NCBI GenBank assembly: GCA_031290885.1
Contig: JAISLQ010000072.1
Coordinates: forward strand, 1,790-65,789
Length of the DNA stretch: 64,000 nucleotides
Source: Acidaminococcales bacterium
GTDB taxonomy: Bacteria > Bacillota > Negativicutes > Acidaminococcales > JAISLQ01
Direction: 5' to 3'
The first letter of the stretch is position 1, and each line of letters starts with the position of its first letter. Positions 1-9,621 of the stretch are shown here, piece after piece. The position numbers and the translations under genes are program-made. The notes under the pieces were generated by a model that had not been told where the DNA came from, did no database searches, and saw nothing but the letters and a program-made list of their open reading frames with translations.

Positions 1-141
1 ATTGACGCAACTTATGGGCGCAGGACGCGGGCGGTGATTGTAGCCGACAGCGGGCACATTATCCTTTCGGCGGTTCAGCCGGAAACGGTTGCCAACCGAT
101 TAGGCGGCAAAGACGCCGCCAAAGATGCGCCTGAATGTTGA
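1..141 (+). CDS. remA: RemA/YlzA (DUF370) family protein, C-terminal fragment cut by the window edge
   Basis: Frame 1 reads [34 protein letters not shown]... and ends at TGA 139-141. This matches the conserved C-terminal half of DUF370/RemA as I remember it. The remA-gmk-rpoZ order is typical of Firmicutes. Confidence 0.75.
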   Translation: MDATYGRRTRAVIVADSGHIILSAVQPETVANRLGGKDAAKDAPEC

Positions 142-174
142 TTGCGCGCCTGAGTGGGGGGAAGGATCTGGCAG

Positions 175-789
175 ATGAAGAATAAAGGCATTCTATTAAT
201 TGTTTCCGGCCCGTCAGGGGCGGGAAAGGGGACTATTTGTTCAGCCCTTTTAAATAAATATCAAAATATTTATTATTCCGTTTCGTTGACCACGAGGGCG
301 CCGCGTACGGGCGAAATGAACGGGCGCGAGTATTTTTTTATAACCGAAAGCGAATTCAAAAAAATGATCAGCAAGGATCAGTTGCTGGAATACGCCGTGG
401 TTTATGGCAATTATTACGGTACGCCGCGCGAAAATATATTGGAACAATTAGAAATGGGCAACGATGTGCTTTTGGAAATAGAAATGGACGGGGCGGAACA
501 AATACGCGCCAAATTTGCCGAAGGGGTGTTTGTTTTCATCCTGCCGCCTTCATTGGCCGATTTGGCCGCGAGGCTGAAGGGGCGGGACAAAGATGACGGG
601 ACTTCCATTAAGAGTCGGCTGGAAGCCGCCAAAAGTGAAATCTGCCGAGCGACGAAATACGATTATGTCATAGTGAACAACAAAGTGGAAGAAGCCCTGG
701 AAAAACTGTCTTTTATACTGAACGCGGAAAAAAGCCGCGTTGCGCGCAATTTGCGAACGATAACGGATCTCTGCGGCAAAAATAAGTAA
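175..789 (+). CDS. gmk: guanylate kinase
   Basis: P-loop GPSGAGKGT and a guanylate kinase fold sequence (TTRAPRTGEMNGREYFF). ATG at 175 follows GGAAGGA; the ORF track start at 154 is probably too far upstream. Confidence 0.95.
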   Translation: MKNKGILLIVSGPSGAGKGTICSALLNKYQNIYYSVSLTTRAPRTGEMNGREYFFITESEFKKMISKDQLLEYAVVYGNYYGTPRENILEQLEMGNDVLLEIEMDGAEQIRAKFAEGVFVFILPPSLADLAARLKGRDKDDGTSIKSRLEAAKSEICRATKYDYVIVNNKVEEALEKLSFILNAEKSRVARNLRTITDLCGKNK

Positions 790-838
790 GGCGGGTGTTT
801 TTGGCCTGCGGACAAAACCTGAAGGGGGAAATGTTCAG

Positions 839-1045
839 ATGATTCAACCGTCTTTGGACAAATTGCTGGATCATGTTGACAGCAAATATACTTTAGTGGT
901 GCTGGCGGCCAAACGCGCCAGGGAAATAGTCGATGCGGATTTGCCGCCATCCGCCGGCAAATCGAACAAACCGGTAACAATATCGCTTTACGAGGTATTC
1001 TCCGACAAGATCACTTATGAGCGTACCAAAACCGGTATAAAGTAG
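839..1045 (+). CDS. rpoZ: DNA-directed RNA polymerase subunit omega
   Basis: 68 aa protein, SKYTLVVLAAKRAREI motif, located directly after gmk. Confidence 0.9.
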   Translation: MIQPSLDKLLDHVDSKYTLVVLAAKRAREIVDADLPPSAGKSNKPVTISLYEVFSDKITYERTKTGIK

Positions 1046-1057
1046 GGGGCCTTTATT

Positions 1058-2263
1058 GTGCTTGCCGCAAAAAAAATACTGCTGGGCGTTTGCGGGGGAA
1101 TAGCCGTTTATAAGGCGGTGGAGCTTGTCAGCAGGCTGCGCAGGGAAGGCGCGGCGGTCAAAGTCATCATGACCGAATCGGCGCTTAAATTTGTTACGCA
1201 GCTTACCTTCCGCGAGATCAGCGGCAACCCGGTGGCGGCTTCTATGTGGGCCGATATTTCGTCATATAACGTGGAACATATAGCGTTGGCGGAATGGGCG
1301 GACGTCTTCGTCATCGCGCCCGCCACCGCCAATGCGCTGGCCAAGTTGTCTTGCGGCATAGCCGACGATATGCTTACAACTACGGCTTTGGCCGTAAAAG
1401 CGCCGATAATCCTTTGCCCGGCGATGAATACCAATATGTATGAAAACCCGATAACTCAGAGCAACCTGGGAAAGCTCGCGGCTCTTGGCATGAAAGTCGT
1501 CCGGCCCGCCTCCGGGCGCCTGGCCTGCGGCAGTTATGGCACCGGGCGGCTGCCGGAGCCGGTTGATATCGTGAAAGAGATCGATGGCTGTTTGCGCGGC
1601 GAAAGCATGTCCGGCCTGAAAGTTGTAGTTACGGCCGGGGGCACGATTGAGCCGATAGATCCTGTGCGCTATATAGGCAACCGCTCCAGCGGCAAGATGG
1701 GCTATGCCATAGCCGGGGAGGCCGCGCGCCGGGGCGCGGCTGCCATACTCATTTCCGCTCCGTCCCCTTTGCCTGTCCCGCCGGGCGTTACGGCGATTAA
1801 AGTCGAGACAGCCGAAGAGATGCAAGAGGCGGCCCTGTCGGAATACGGCGACGCCGACATATTGATAAAAGCCGCCGCCGTAGCCGACTATCGGGCAAAA
1901 GATATATGCGCCGCCAAAATAAAGAAAAAAGAGAAAACATTGACGCTTGAACTGGTGAAAAACCCCGATATCCTGAAAGAACTCGGCCGGCGGAAAACAA
2001 AGCAGTATCTGGTGGGATTTGCGGCCGAGACGGATAATTTGGTGGAAAACGCCATGATTAAGATCAAAGAAAAAAATCTCGACATGATCGTGGCCAATGA
2101 CGTTTCAATGCCGGAAGCGGGGTTTAATCATGACACCAACATAGTGAAATTCATCTACCCTTCAGGGGAGATTGTAAGCATAGAGAAAGCATCCAAGCAG
2201 GAAATAGCGGGCAAACTGCTTGACCGGATCTGCGCCGGCATTTGTGCCCGCTTGGGGAACTGA
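1058..2263 (+). CDS. coaBC: bifunctional phosphopantothenoylcysteine decarboxylase / phosphopantothenate-cysteine ligase
   Basis: 401 aa. N-terminal flavoprotein domain (ILLGVCGGIAVYKA, PAMNTNMY) and C-terminal DFP ligase domain (GNRSSGKMG, AAAVADY). Confidence 0.95.
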   Translation: MLAAKKILLGVCGGIAVYKAVELVSRLRREGAAVKVIMTESALKFVTQLTFREISGNPVAASMWADISSYNVEHIALAEWADVFVIAPATANALAKLSCGIADDMLTTTALAVKAPIILCPAMNTNMYENPITQSNLGKLAALGMKVVRPASGRLACGSYGTGRLPEPVDIVKEIDGCLRGESMSGLKVVVTAGGTIEPIDPVRYIGNRSSGKMGYAIAGEAARRGAAAILISAPSPLPVPPGVTAIKVETAEEMQEAALSEYGDADILIKAAAVADYRAKDICAAKIKKKEKTLTLELVKNPDILKELGRRKTKQYLVGFAAETDNLVENAMIKIKEKNLDMIVANDVSMPEAGFNHDTNIVKFIYPSGEIVSIEKASKQEIAGKLLDRICAGICARLGN

Positions 2264-2481
2264 GCGACAAATAGGACAAAATAAGTTATTTTGGCAGGGA
2301 GAAAGCAATGACGGCGGGTCAAACATAAGGGATCATCCGTCCGCATGAAATTTTTTCGCCGCAGTATCCGCAGGCAGTTAGCCGGAGGTTCCCGCAATCG
2401 TACGATTTTGCGCTTTAACGCCGCCGCGCCTTCAAACAGGCTGTTTAAGCGTCCGGCGGCGATCGGAGGGGGATTTGCCAT

Positions 2482-2931
2482 ATGAGGAAATTTCCGGCGG
2501 TAAATGCCGGCGGCAGCCGGGCAATGCTTGACGCGCTGTGCGAGGCGGGTTTCGTTGAGGTTTTGCCGGAGGATTTTGACGGCGAGGACAGGTTTTTTTG
2601 TATTGTAACAAAAACATCCGGGGACAATGACCGCTTGTGGGTGAAATGGCGTCCCAAACTGGTTTTTGCCTATGAACGCGAAGGAAACAACAGCCATCTT
2701 TACACTTGGCGGGAGATAATCCTTAACGGCGACAGGATACATATAGGGGCGCTCTTTGATCCTTTGGACATACCGGACGATTGGCATGTTGACTACGGCG
2801 CGCGGGCGGGCGATATGTCGCTTTACGCCAAAGTGGTCGCCGATTATAGCTACAGGCGCATACTGGACGAATTGATTGAAGAAACGGCGCAGTGGTGCGG
2901 CCACATGTCTTCCGTCGTGCACAGGCTTTAG
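2482..2931 (+). CDS. hypothetical protein (no family recognised)
   Basis: 149 aa ORF with balanced composition. GGAGGGGGA RBS lies just upstream of ATG 2482. It fits the gap between coaBC and the MFS gene without overlap. Confidence 0.45.
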   Translation: MRKFPAVNAGGSRAMLDALCEAGFVEVLPEDFDGEDRFFCIVTKTSGDNDRLWVKWRPKLVFAYEREGNNSHLYTWREIILNGDRIHIGALFDPLDIPDDWHVDYGARAGDMSLYAKVVADYSYRRILDELIEETAQWCGHMSSVVHRL

Positions 2932-2959
2932 TTGGACGGCTTTTAGGGATGAGTTGTTT

Positions 2960-4177
2960 ATGCTGGAAAAATTAAAAAGAATTTTTGGGCGCAAAGAACC
3001 GCTGAAAGTCCTTTTGGCTTGCATGTTGTCCATGTCGGCGCTCGGATTTATATATATCTGGTCTGTTTTCATCATACCGTTGGAAAACGAGTTCGGTTGG
3101 ACGCGGGCAGACATTTCGCTTGTCTATACTTGCGTCATGTTCTCTTTTGCGGTAGGGATGGCGGCGGGCGGTTTTTTGAACAGTTTTTTCAGCATGGACA
3201 AAACTATTTTTGCGGCCATGCTTATAATCGCCGCGTCTTTTATGATAGCTTCTTTCAGCGGCAGCTTGCTTTTGCTATTGGTGTCTTTCGGCATATTTGC
3301 CAGCGTGTTTATGGGGGTCATTTACAATACCATGCTTTATGCGGGCAACCTTTGGTTTAACGAAGACGGGCCTTCCGTTTCCGGTCTCCTGCAAACCTGC
3401 CTGGGCATAAGCACCGTAATTTTGGGCTTTTGCGCCGCCGAATTGCTGCGGATGTATGATTGGCGTTTTGTCTTTCGGTTAATGGGTTTAATTATCGCGC
3501 TAAGCCTGTTTATCGGCTCAAGGGTCATCAAGGTCCCTTCCGCCGGCGCCGGCCGGGCGGAAAAGGCGCGGGAAGAATATGGCGGCGTCAACTGGCGGCA
3601 AATGCTGGCTACGAAAAATTTCTGGTTTTTATGGACAATACGGCTCATCATCGTCGCGGGCGGCATAGGCCTTATCGGACACGCCGTGCCGGCGGCGCTG
3701 GAGCTTGGCGTAAGTTACGATACGGCCGTGTTGTCTTTGGGCATACTGTCTTTCGCGAACGCTTTTGGGCGGATGCTTTGCGGTTTGAGCTGGGAATATA
3801 TGGGATTCAGGAAAACTATGGCCTTGAGCTGTTTGCTGTTCATCGCTTCATTTTCTATTCTGAGCGCGGCCTACAGCTTCAGCGGCGGCTTTGCGGTCGT
3901 TTTGGCCTGCGGGCTGTGCGGGCTTTCCTATGGCAGCGTGAACCTGATCGGCGTATCGTTTACGCGTGATTTTTTCGGCATGAAACATTTTTCCGAAAAC
4001 TATGGGATCGTTACAACGCCCATGCTGCTTTCATCTTTTATCGGCCCTTACCTCATGGGGGAGATTAAGATGGGCACAGGGCATTATTATTCCTCTTTTG
4101 TTATTTTTATTTTTCTCGGGCTTGTGAGCCTTGTCTTGGTGATGCTCGTTAAAAAGCCGGCGGCGCGGCAAAAATAA
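2960..4177 (+). CDS. MFS transporter (oxalate/formate antiporter-like family)
   Basis: About 12 hydrophobic segments with a central charged loop. ATG 2960 (MLEKLKRIFG) is chosen over the ORF-track start at 2876, which overlaps the previous gene. Confidence 0.85.
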   Translation: MLEKLKRIFGRKEPLKVLLACMLSMSALGFIYIWSVFIIPLENEFGWTRADISLVYTCVMFSFAVGMAAGGFLNSFFSMDKTIFAAMLIIAASFMIASFSGSLLLLLVSFGIFASVFMGVIYNTMLYAGNLWFNEDGPSVSGLLQTCLGISTVILGFCAAELLRMYDWRFVFRLMGLIIALSLFIGSRVIKVPSAGAGRAEKAREEYGGVNWRQMLATKNFWFLWTIRLIIVAGGIGLIGHAVPAALELGVSYDTAVLSLGILSFANAFGRMLCGLSWEYMGFRKTMALSCLLFIASFSILSAAYSFSGGFAVVLACGLCGLSYGSVNLIGVSFTRDFFGMKHFSENYGIVTTPMLLSSFIGPYLMGEIKMGTGHYYSSFVIFIFLGLVSLVLVMLVKKPAARQK

Positions 4178-4239
4178 ATCTGTCGAATATTTTAAAAGGG
4201 GTGTTTTCTTTGCTTAATACACTTGATCTTAGCCTGAAA

Positions 4240-5724
4240 ATGGACAAAAAAATTTTTTCCAAGGCGCGCGGCGCGCGGATGGAAAAACTGGGCGAACTGC
4301 AACGGTCTTTGCGCGCGGCGAACGTACCGGTGGTGATAACTTTTGAAGGATGGCACGGCGCCGGCAAAGGCGTCATCATCAACTCCCTGGTGCAGGCCAT
4401 GGATCCGCGCGGCTTTAAAGTTTACACAGCCTACTATCCTAACGACGAAGAACGCCGCAAACCATTTTTTTGGCAATTCTGGAAAAAACTGCCCGCCAAA
4501 GGCAGCATTTCTATTTTTGACCGTAGTTGGTACGGACAAATAGTAAATAAAGCCGTCGGCGGGGAAATCAACTCGGAAGAAACCGAACGCGCTTTCAATG
4601 ACGTCAATGCGTTTGAGCGCTTGCTGTTTGACGACAATCATGTCATCATCAAGTTTTTTGCGCATATATCCGAAAAAACGCATAAAAAGCGCATAAAGGA
4701 CAATATACAAGTTCTGGATAAAAACATGCGGACAACTACCGAAGACTGGAAAGAGATAGGCCTCTACAAGCAGCTTTTTGCGGCCTATGAGGACATGTTC
4801 AGCAAGACGGACACCGCTTACGCCCCGTGGATCGCGGTAGAGGCAGAAGATGAAAATTACGCCCAGATAAAGGTTTTGGATTATATAATAAATGTTTTGG
4901 AGAAAAAACTCGCGCAGATAGGCTTCGCCGAAGAAAACAAAGGCGAAGCGGCGGAAAAAAACGATCCGACCGCCGTTTCCCCGGCGGGTTCCGCCGGCCA
5001 GGCCTTCGTTTCATCCGTGCTTAGCAAGGTCGATTTGAGCAAAACCATGGAAAAAAACGATTACAAAGACAAATTGGAAGAATACCAGAAAGAAATCAGG
5101 CACCTGCAATACAAGCTGTTCCGGCGCGAGGTAGCGACGGTAATAGTTTTTGAAGGTTGGGACGCGGCCGGCAAAGGCGGCGTAATCAAGCGCGTTACCG
5201 CAAACATGGATCCGCGGGGCTATTATGTGACGCCGATAGCGGCGCCGGGGGCGGTTGACAATTCTTATAACTATCTTTGGCGGTTTTGGAAAGAAATGCC
5301 CGTTAAAGGCATGGTGGCCATTTTTGACCGCAGCTGGTACGGCCGCCTCATGGTTGAGCGGGTGGAGGGGTTTGCGACCGAAGGGCAATGGCGGCGCGCC
5401 TACCGCGAAATTAATGAGATGGAAGAACAATTAATTAACAGCGGCAGCATAGTGCTTAAATTCTGGTTGCAAATAGATAAAGACGAACAGCTGAAAAGGT
5501 TCGAGGAAAGGCGCGACAACCCTTTGAAAAATTGGAAAATTACCGATGAGGACTGGCGCAACCGCGAAAAATGGGATAAATATGAACCGGCGATCAACGA
5601 AATGCTTTTCCGTACGTCCACCATACATGCGCCTTGGACGATTGTCGAGGCAAACTGCAAATTTTACGGCCGGATAAAGACAATGAAAACTATTATTGAC
5701 GCAATGAATGGCCGGCTGAAGTGA
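4240..5724 (+). CDS. two-domain polyphosphate kinase 2 family protein (polyphosphate:AMP phosphotransferase-like)
   Basis: Two PPK2 repeats, each with a Walker A-like FEGW(H/D)(G/A)AGKG and an FDRSWYG motif. Confidence 0.9.
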   Translation: MDKKIFSKARGARMEKLGELQRSLRAANVPVVITFEGWHGAGKGVIINSLVQAMDPRGFKVYTAYYPNDEERRKPFFWQFWKKLPAKGSISIFDRSWYGQIVNKAVGGEINSEETERAFNDVNAFERLLFDDNHVIIKFFAHISEKTHKKRIKDNIQVLDKNMRTTTEDWKEIGLYKQLFAAYEDMFSKTDTAYAPWIAVEAEDENYAQIKVLDYIINVLEKKLAQIGFAEENKGEAAEKNDPTAVSPAGSAGQAFVSSVLSKVDLSKTMEKNDYKDKLEEYQKEIRHLQYKLFRREVATVIVFEGWDAAGKGGVIKRVTANMDPRGYYVTPIAAPGAVDNSYNYLWRFWKEMPVKGMVAIFDRSWYGRLMVERVEGFATEGQWRRAYREINEMEEQLINSGSIVLKFWLQIDKDEQLKRFEERRDNPLKNWKITDEDWRNREKWDKYEPAINEMLFRTSTIHAPWTIVEANCKFYGRIKTMKTIIDAMNGRLK

Positions 5725-5740
5725 TTTTGAGGTATGCTCT

Positions 5741-7414
5741 TTGACTTGGAACGCGCGCAAAAAAAACATCGAAATATTGGAAAAAGAAAGCGGCGCTTTT
5801 GTTTTTGCGCCGGGCGCCCGGGCCGCGTGTGCGCTTGTGTATCCCAATGCCTATAGTGTGGGCATGTCAAACTTGGGATTTCATATTATTTACCGCCAGC
5901 TCAATCAGCGCGGCGATATAGCGTGCGAGCGGTTTTTCCTGCCGGAGGGCGAAGGCGGCGCGCCGCTTTTGAGCGTAGAAACGCAAAGGGAATTGGCCGA
6001 TTTTCCGATTATCGGCGTCATGCTGTCATTTGAACTGGATTATTTTAATTTGCTGGCAATGCTTAAAGCGGGCGGCATACCGCCCGCCGCCGCCGAACGC
6101 GGCGGACAGGAGCCGCTGCTGTTTGCCGGCGGTCCTTGCGCTACTTTCAATCCCGAGCCGCTGGCGGAAGTCGTGGATGCTTTTGTCATAGGCGAAGGCG
6201 AGGAAGCGGCCGGGGCGGTTGTGGATTCCTGGCGGCAAAGCCGGGATTGGCCGGATAGGGCGGCCAGGCTGAAAGCCCTGGCGCAAATACCTGGGGTATA
6301 CGTGCCGGCCTTTTACTATCCTGCTTACGGCGAAAGCGGAAAAATCGTTTCCATGCGCCATGATCCGTCAGTTCCCGCGAAAGTCCGGCGGCAGTGGATA
6401 AAGGACATCGACCGCTACGCCGGGCATTATCAAATAATAACCCCCTTGGCGGAGTTCGCCAATATGTTTGTAATCGAGGTAGCCCGCGGCTGCGGGCGCC
6501 ACTGCCGGTTCTGCATGGCCGGATATTGTTTTCGCCGCCCGCGCAGCCGCGATCTCGAACTTATCTGGCAAGCGATAACCGAAAGGCCGCCGAGCGCCGC
6601 CAAAGTTGGACTGCTGGGCGCGGCCGTGTGCGACTATCCCTATATCAGGGAGCTGACCGGCCGGCTGGTTCAAGCTTCCATACCCTTTTCCATCGCTTCC
6701 CTGCGCGCCGACGCTTTTGACGGCGCATTGGCCAGGGCGCTGGCCGGCAGCGGCCAGAGGACTTTGACCATCGCCCCGGAGGCGGGCAGCGAAAGGCTGC
6801 GCAAAGTCATCAACAAAGGCGTAAGCGAAGACGACATACTGCGCGCCTTGTCCCTGGCGGCTGACGCGGGCATGACCGGCGGCAAGCTTTACTTTATGCT
6901 CGGGTTGCCGACCGAGACAGATCATGACGTTATAGAATTGGCAAACCTTGTTTTGAAAGCGAAAAAATATATTCCCGGCAAACTTTCTTTAAGCATCAAT
7001 TATTTTGTCCCTAAGCCTTTTACGCCTTTTCAGTGGGATGAACCGGCGCATACCGGCGCGCGCCTGAAACAGTTGCGGGAATTGTTGCAAAAGGAAAAAA
7101 ATATAGAAATAAAGGCGGAATCCCTGCGCGCCAGCATAGCGCAGCAAATTTTGTCCCGTGCCGGCCGCCGGGCGGGAGAATTTCTGCTTCATGCCACCCA
7201 AAACGGCGGGTTAAGCGAGTTTGTCCGCCGTTTTAAAAAAGAAAAACCAGAAATTTATGATCGGGCGGACTGCTTGCCATGGGATCATCTTGACATGGGT
7301 TTCAGCAAAGAATATTTGTCGGGCGAACGGGAAAAGGCCGAACGGATGGAGGACACGCCGCAGTGCTTTGCCGGTTGCGGACGCTGCGGCGTATGCGGGG
7401 GGGCAAAAGGTTGA
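5741..7414 (+). CDS. B12-binding-domain radical SAM protein (TIGR03960-like)
   Basis: CxxxCxxC radical SAM motif in VARGCGRHCRFCMAGY, N-terminal YPNAYSVGMSNLGFHIIY. Apparent TTG start. Confidence 0.85.
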   Translation: MTWNARKKNIEILEKESGAFVFAPGARAACALVYPNAYSVGMSNLGFHIIYRQLNQRGDIACERFFLPEGEGGAPLLSVETQRELADFPIIGVMLSFELDYFNLLAMLKAGGIPPAAAERGGQEPLLFAGGPCATFNPEPLAEVVDAFVIGEGEEAAGAVVDSWRQSRDWPDRAARLKALAQIPGVYVPAFYYPAYGESGKIVSMRHDPSVPAKVRRQWIKDIDRYAGHYQIITPLAEFANMFVIEVARGCGRHCRFCMAGYCFRRPRSRDLELIWQAITERPPSAAKVGLLGAAVCDYPYIRELTGRLVQASIPFSIASLRADAFDGALARALAGSGQRTLTIAPEAGSERLRKVINKGVSEDDILRALSLAADAGMTGGKLYFMLGLPTETDHDVIELANLVLKAKKYIPGKLSLSINYFVPKPFTPFQWDEPAHTGARLKQLRELLQKEKNIEIKAESLRASIAQQILSRAGRRAGEFLLHATQNGGLSEFVRRFKKEKPEIYDRADCLPWDHLDMGFSKEYLSGEREKAERMEDTPQCFAGCGRCGVCGGAKG

Positions 7415-8226
7415 AAAGTGAATTTGTTTTGAAAAACATTGACGGAATATGGTTCGGCCTCGTGCCTGCATTGTACGAACGCGGCATAAAACACGCCTTT
7501 ACTTCCAAATTTTACGGGGAAAGCGTGCTTGAGGACAAAAGATTGAACATGTCTTTTAACGTAGGCGACAGCGAGGATTGCGTACTCGCCAACAGGCGGC
7601 GCGTCTGCGCCGCCCTGGGGATTGATTTTGAGCGGCTGACTGCGGCGCGCCAGGCGCACGGCGACAACAGGGTATATGTTGATGAAGGACTTTTGGGCCG
7701 CGGCAACAAAAATTTTGCGGGCGCCATAGCCGCCGCCGACGCGTTGGTTACCGACTTGCCCGGCGTGCCGCTGCTGCTGCTTTTCGCCGATTGCGTGCCG
7801 GTCGTCTTGGCCGATCCGGCAAAAAAGTTGGTTGCCGTGGTGCATGCCGGCTGGCGCGGCACGACGGCGAATGTTTTGCGCAAAACCGCCGAGGCCTTCC
7901 GCGACGAGTTTTCATCCAGGCCAAAAGATTGCGTGGCGGTTATCGGGCCGTCGATCGGTCCTGAATGTTATAAAGTAGGCCGGGAAGTATACCGAGCGGC
8001 CAGGGACAATTTGTCTGACTATCAAAAGTTCTTTCAGCCGGCCGGAGAAAACGAATGGCAGTTTGACTTGTGGCAGGCCAACAAAGCTCAGTTGGAAATG
8101 GCGGGAGTGAAAACGGAAAACATATTTATAAGCGGCATCTGCACAAAGTGCCATCGGGAGCTTTTTTTTTCGCACCGGGCGGAAAAAGGGCGCGCCGGCC
8201 GGTTTGCCGCCATAGCATGGTTGTGA
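7411..8226 (+). CDS. pgeF: peptidoglycan editing factor PgeF / YfiH (polyphenol oxidase-laccase domain family)
   Basis: Family motifs ADCVPV, VHAGWRG and CTKCH...FFSHR. The in-frame TTG at 7411 overlaps the upstream stop (GGTTGA); the start is uncertain. Confidence 0.85.
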   Translation: MKSEFVLKNIDGIWFGLVPALYERGIKHAFTSKFYGESVLEDKRLNMSFNVGDSEDCVLANRRRVCAALGIDFERLTAARQAHGDNRVYVDEGLLGRGNKNFAGAIAAADALVTDLPGVPLLLLFADCVPVVLADPAKKLVAVVHAGWRGTTANVLRKTAEAFRDEFSSRPKDCVAVIGPSIGPECYKVGREVYRAARDNLSDYQKFFQPAGENEWQFDLWQANKAQLEMAGVKTENIFISGICTKCHRELFFSHRAEKGRAGRFAAIAWL

Positions 8227-8378
8227 CGGGGCGCGCTGCGCGCGCGGACGCAATTGCGGCGTGGCCGTAGCCGCTGTTTTAAATTATTTTGCCCATTATT
8301 TGTTGCCGGAAGATGTATTTTCCCTTGCATAGATTATATAATATAGCTATGATTAAGATAATAACAGGGGAAGCTGCC

Positions 8379-9074
8379 ATGATTGGGGAAAACATAGCGC
8401 AAGCGCGTGAGAAGATAAGCCGTGCGCTAAGAAGGCGCACGGCGGAAAAAATTACCGGCAATGACATTGCGATTGTAGCCGTTACAAAGACATATCCAGT
8501 TGCGGCGGTAAAAGAAGCGCTAAAAGCCGGCATAACTGTTTTTGGCGAAAACAAGGTGCAGGAAGCGGCGGGAAAAATACCTTGCGTCAATGGCTGCGCG
8601 TGGCATTTGATCGGGCATCTGCAGACAAACAAGGTAAAAAAGGCCGTGAATTTGTTTGATCTTATTTGTTCGGTCGACAGTCCGCGCCTTTTGGCGGCAA
8701 TTGAGCGGGAAGCCGCAGAGCGCGGCAAGCGGCAGGACGTTCTTTTGCAGGTCAACGTTGCGGAGGAGGAGAGTAAATTCGGCATTTCGTCCGCAAATTT
8801 GCCTGACATGGCAAAACAGGCAAAGACATTTTCCCATGTCCGCCTGCGTGGGCTTATGGTCATAGCGCCGGAAACCGGCGATGCGGAATCTGTCCGGCCA
8901 GTATTCAAAAAAGGCTATGAATTGTTTTGCGCTTTGAAAAATTCTTGGGCGGCTAATAATGACATAGACACTCTTTCCATGGGCATGAGCGGCGATTTTG
9001 CGGTTGCCGTCGAAGAAGGCGCCAATAACGTAAGGCTTGGGACCTTAATATTCGGCAAACGCGATTATTTGTGA
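8379..9074 (+). CDS. ylmE: YggS/YlmE family pyridoxal-phosphate homeostasis protein
   Basis: VAVTKT PLP-lysine motif, HLIGHLQTNKVK, and LSMGMSGDF. ATG 8379 is preferred over the longer ORF start. Confidence 0.9.
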   Translation: MIGENIAQAREKISRALRRRTAEKITGNDIAIVAVTKTYPVAAVKEALKAGITVFGENKVQEAAGKIPCVNGCAWHLIGHLQTNKVKKAVNLFDLICSVDSPRLLAAIEREAAERGKRQDVLLQVNVAEEESKFGISSANLPDMAKQAKTFSHVRLRGLMVIAPETGDAESVRPVFKKGYELFCALKNSWAANNDIDTLSMGMSGDFAVAVEEGANNVRLGTLIFGKRDYL

Positions 9075-9098
9075 AACGATTTTTAAGGGGGGGCGGCT

Positions 9099-9617
9099 GT
9101 GAAGCTTTTTGAAAAGATTTGTAATTTCCTCGGGCTTTATGAGGAAGTTGAGATAAACGAAAACGAAGAAGCTGGACCGGAAAGAATAAAACCCAAAAAG
9201 CCCGAAGAAACGCGCCGGCCGACGGCGAAAAGAGATTCGGCGGAAGATGCGCCGCCTTGGCTGGCCAAACCAAGGCCGACGGCAAATGTTGCGGACGCAA
9301 ATAAAGTTGTTTCTCTGCCGACGGCAAACAAGCAGATAAAAGTAATGTTAGTCGCTCCCAAAACCTTTGACGACGCGCAGATCATCGCCGATCACGTAAA
9401 AACAGGCAAGCCGGTGGTGGTCAATTTTGAGGAAACGGAAGAGAGCGTCATGAAACGCATAATGGATTTTATCAGCGGCACAGTCTACGCTTTGAACGGC
9501 AATATAAAAATGGTGGGCAGCAAAAGCAAAAGCATGGTTTGCGCGCCTAACAATGTTGACATTGACCTAAACAAGGAATTTTCATCTGGAAAAGATTTTG
9601 GCCCCTGGAGGCAATGA
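9099..9617 (+). CDS. sepF: cell division protein SepF
   Basis: C-terminal SepF domain (PKTFDDAQIIADHVKTGKPVVVNFE...DFISGTVYAL) preceded by a charged linker. Lies in the dcw-tail context. Confidence 0.9.
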   Translation: MKLFEKICNFLGLYEEVEINENEEAGPERIKPKKPEETRRPTAKRDSAEDAPPWLAKPRPTANVADANKVVSLPTANKQIKVMLVAPKTFDDAQIIADHVKTGKPVVVNFEETEESVMKRIMDFISGTVYALNGNIKMVGSKSKSMVCAPNNVDIDLNKEFSSGKDFGPWRQ

Positions 9618-9621
9618 ACCT

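Noticed and set aside
2155-3114. 319-aa minus-strand ORF overlapping coaBC 3' end, the 149-aa ORF and the MFS 5' end
   Set aside because: It crosses three plus-strand coding regions, and its translation is proline/arginine-rich with no motifs. The plus-strand alternatives have RBSs and sensible proteins.
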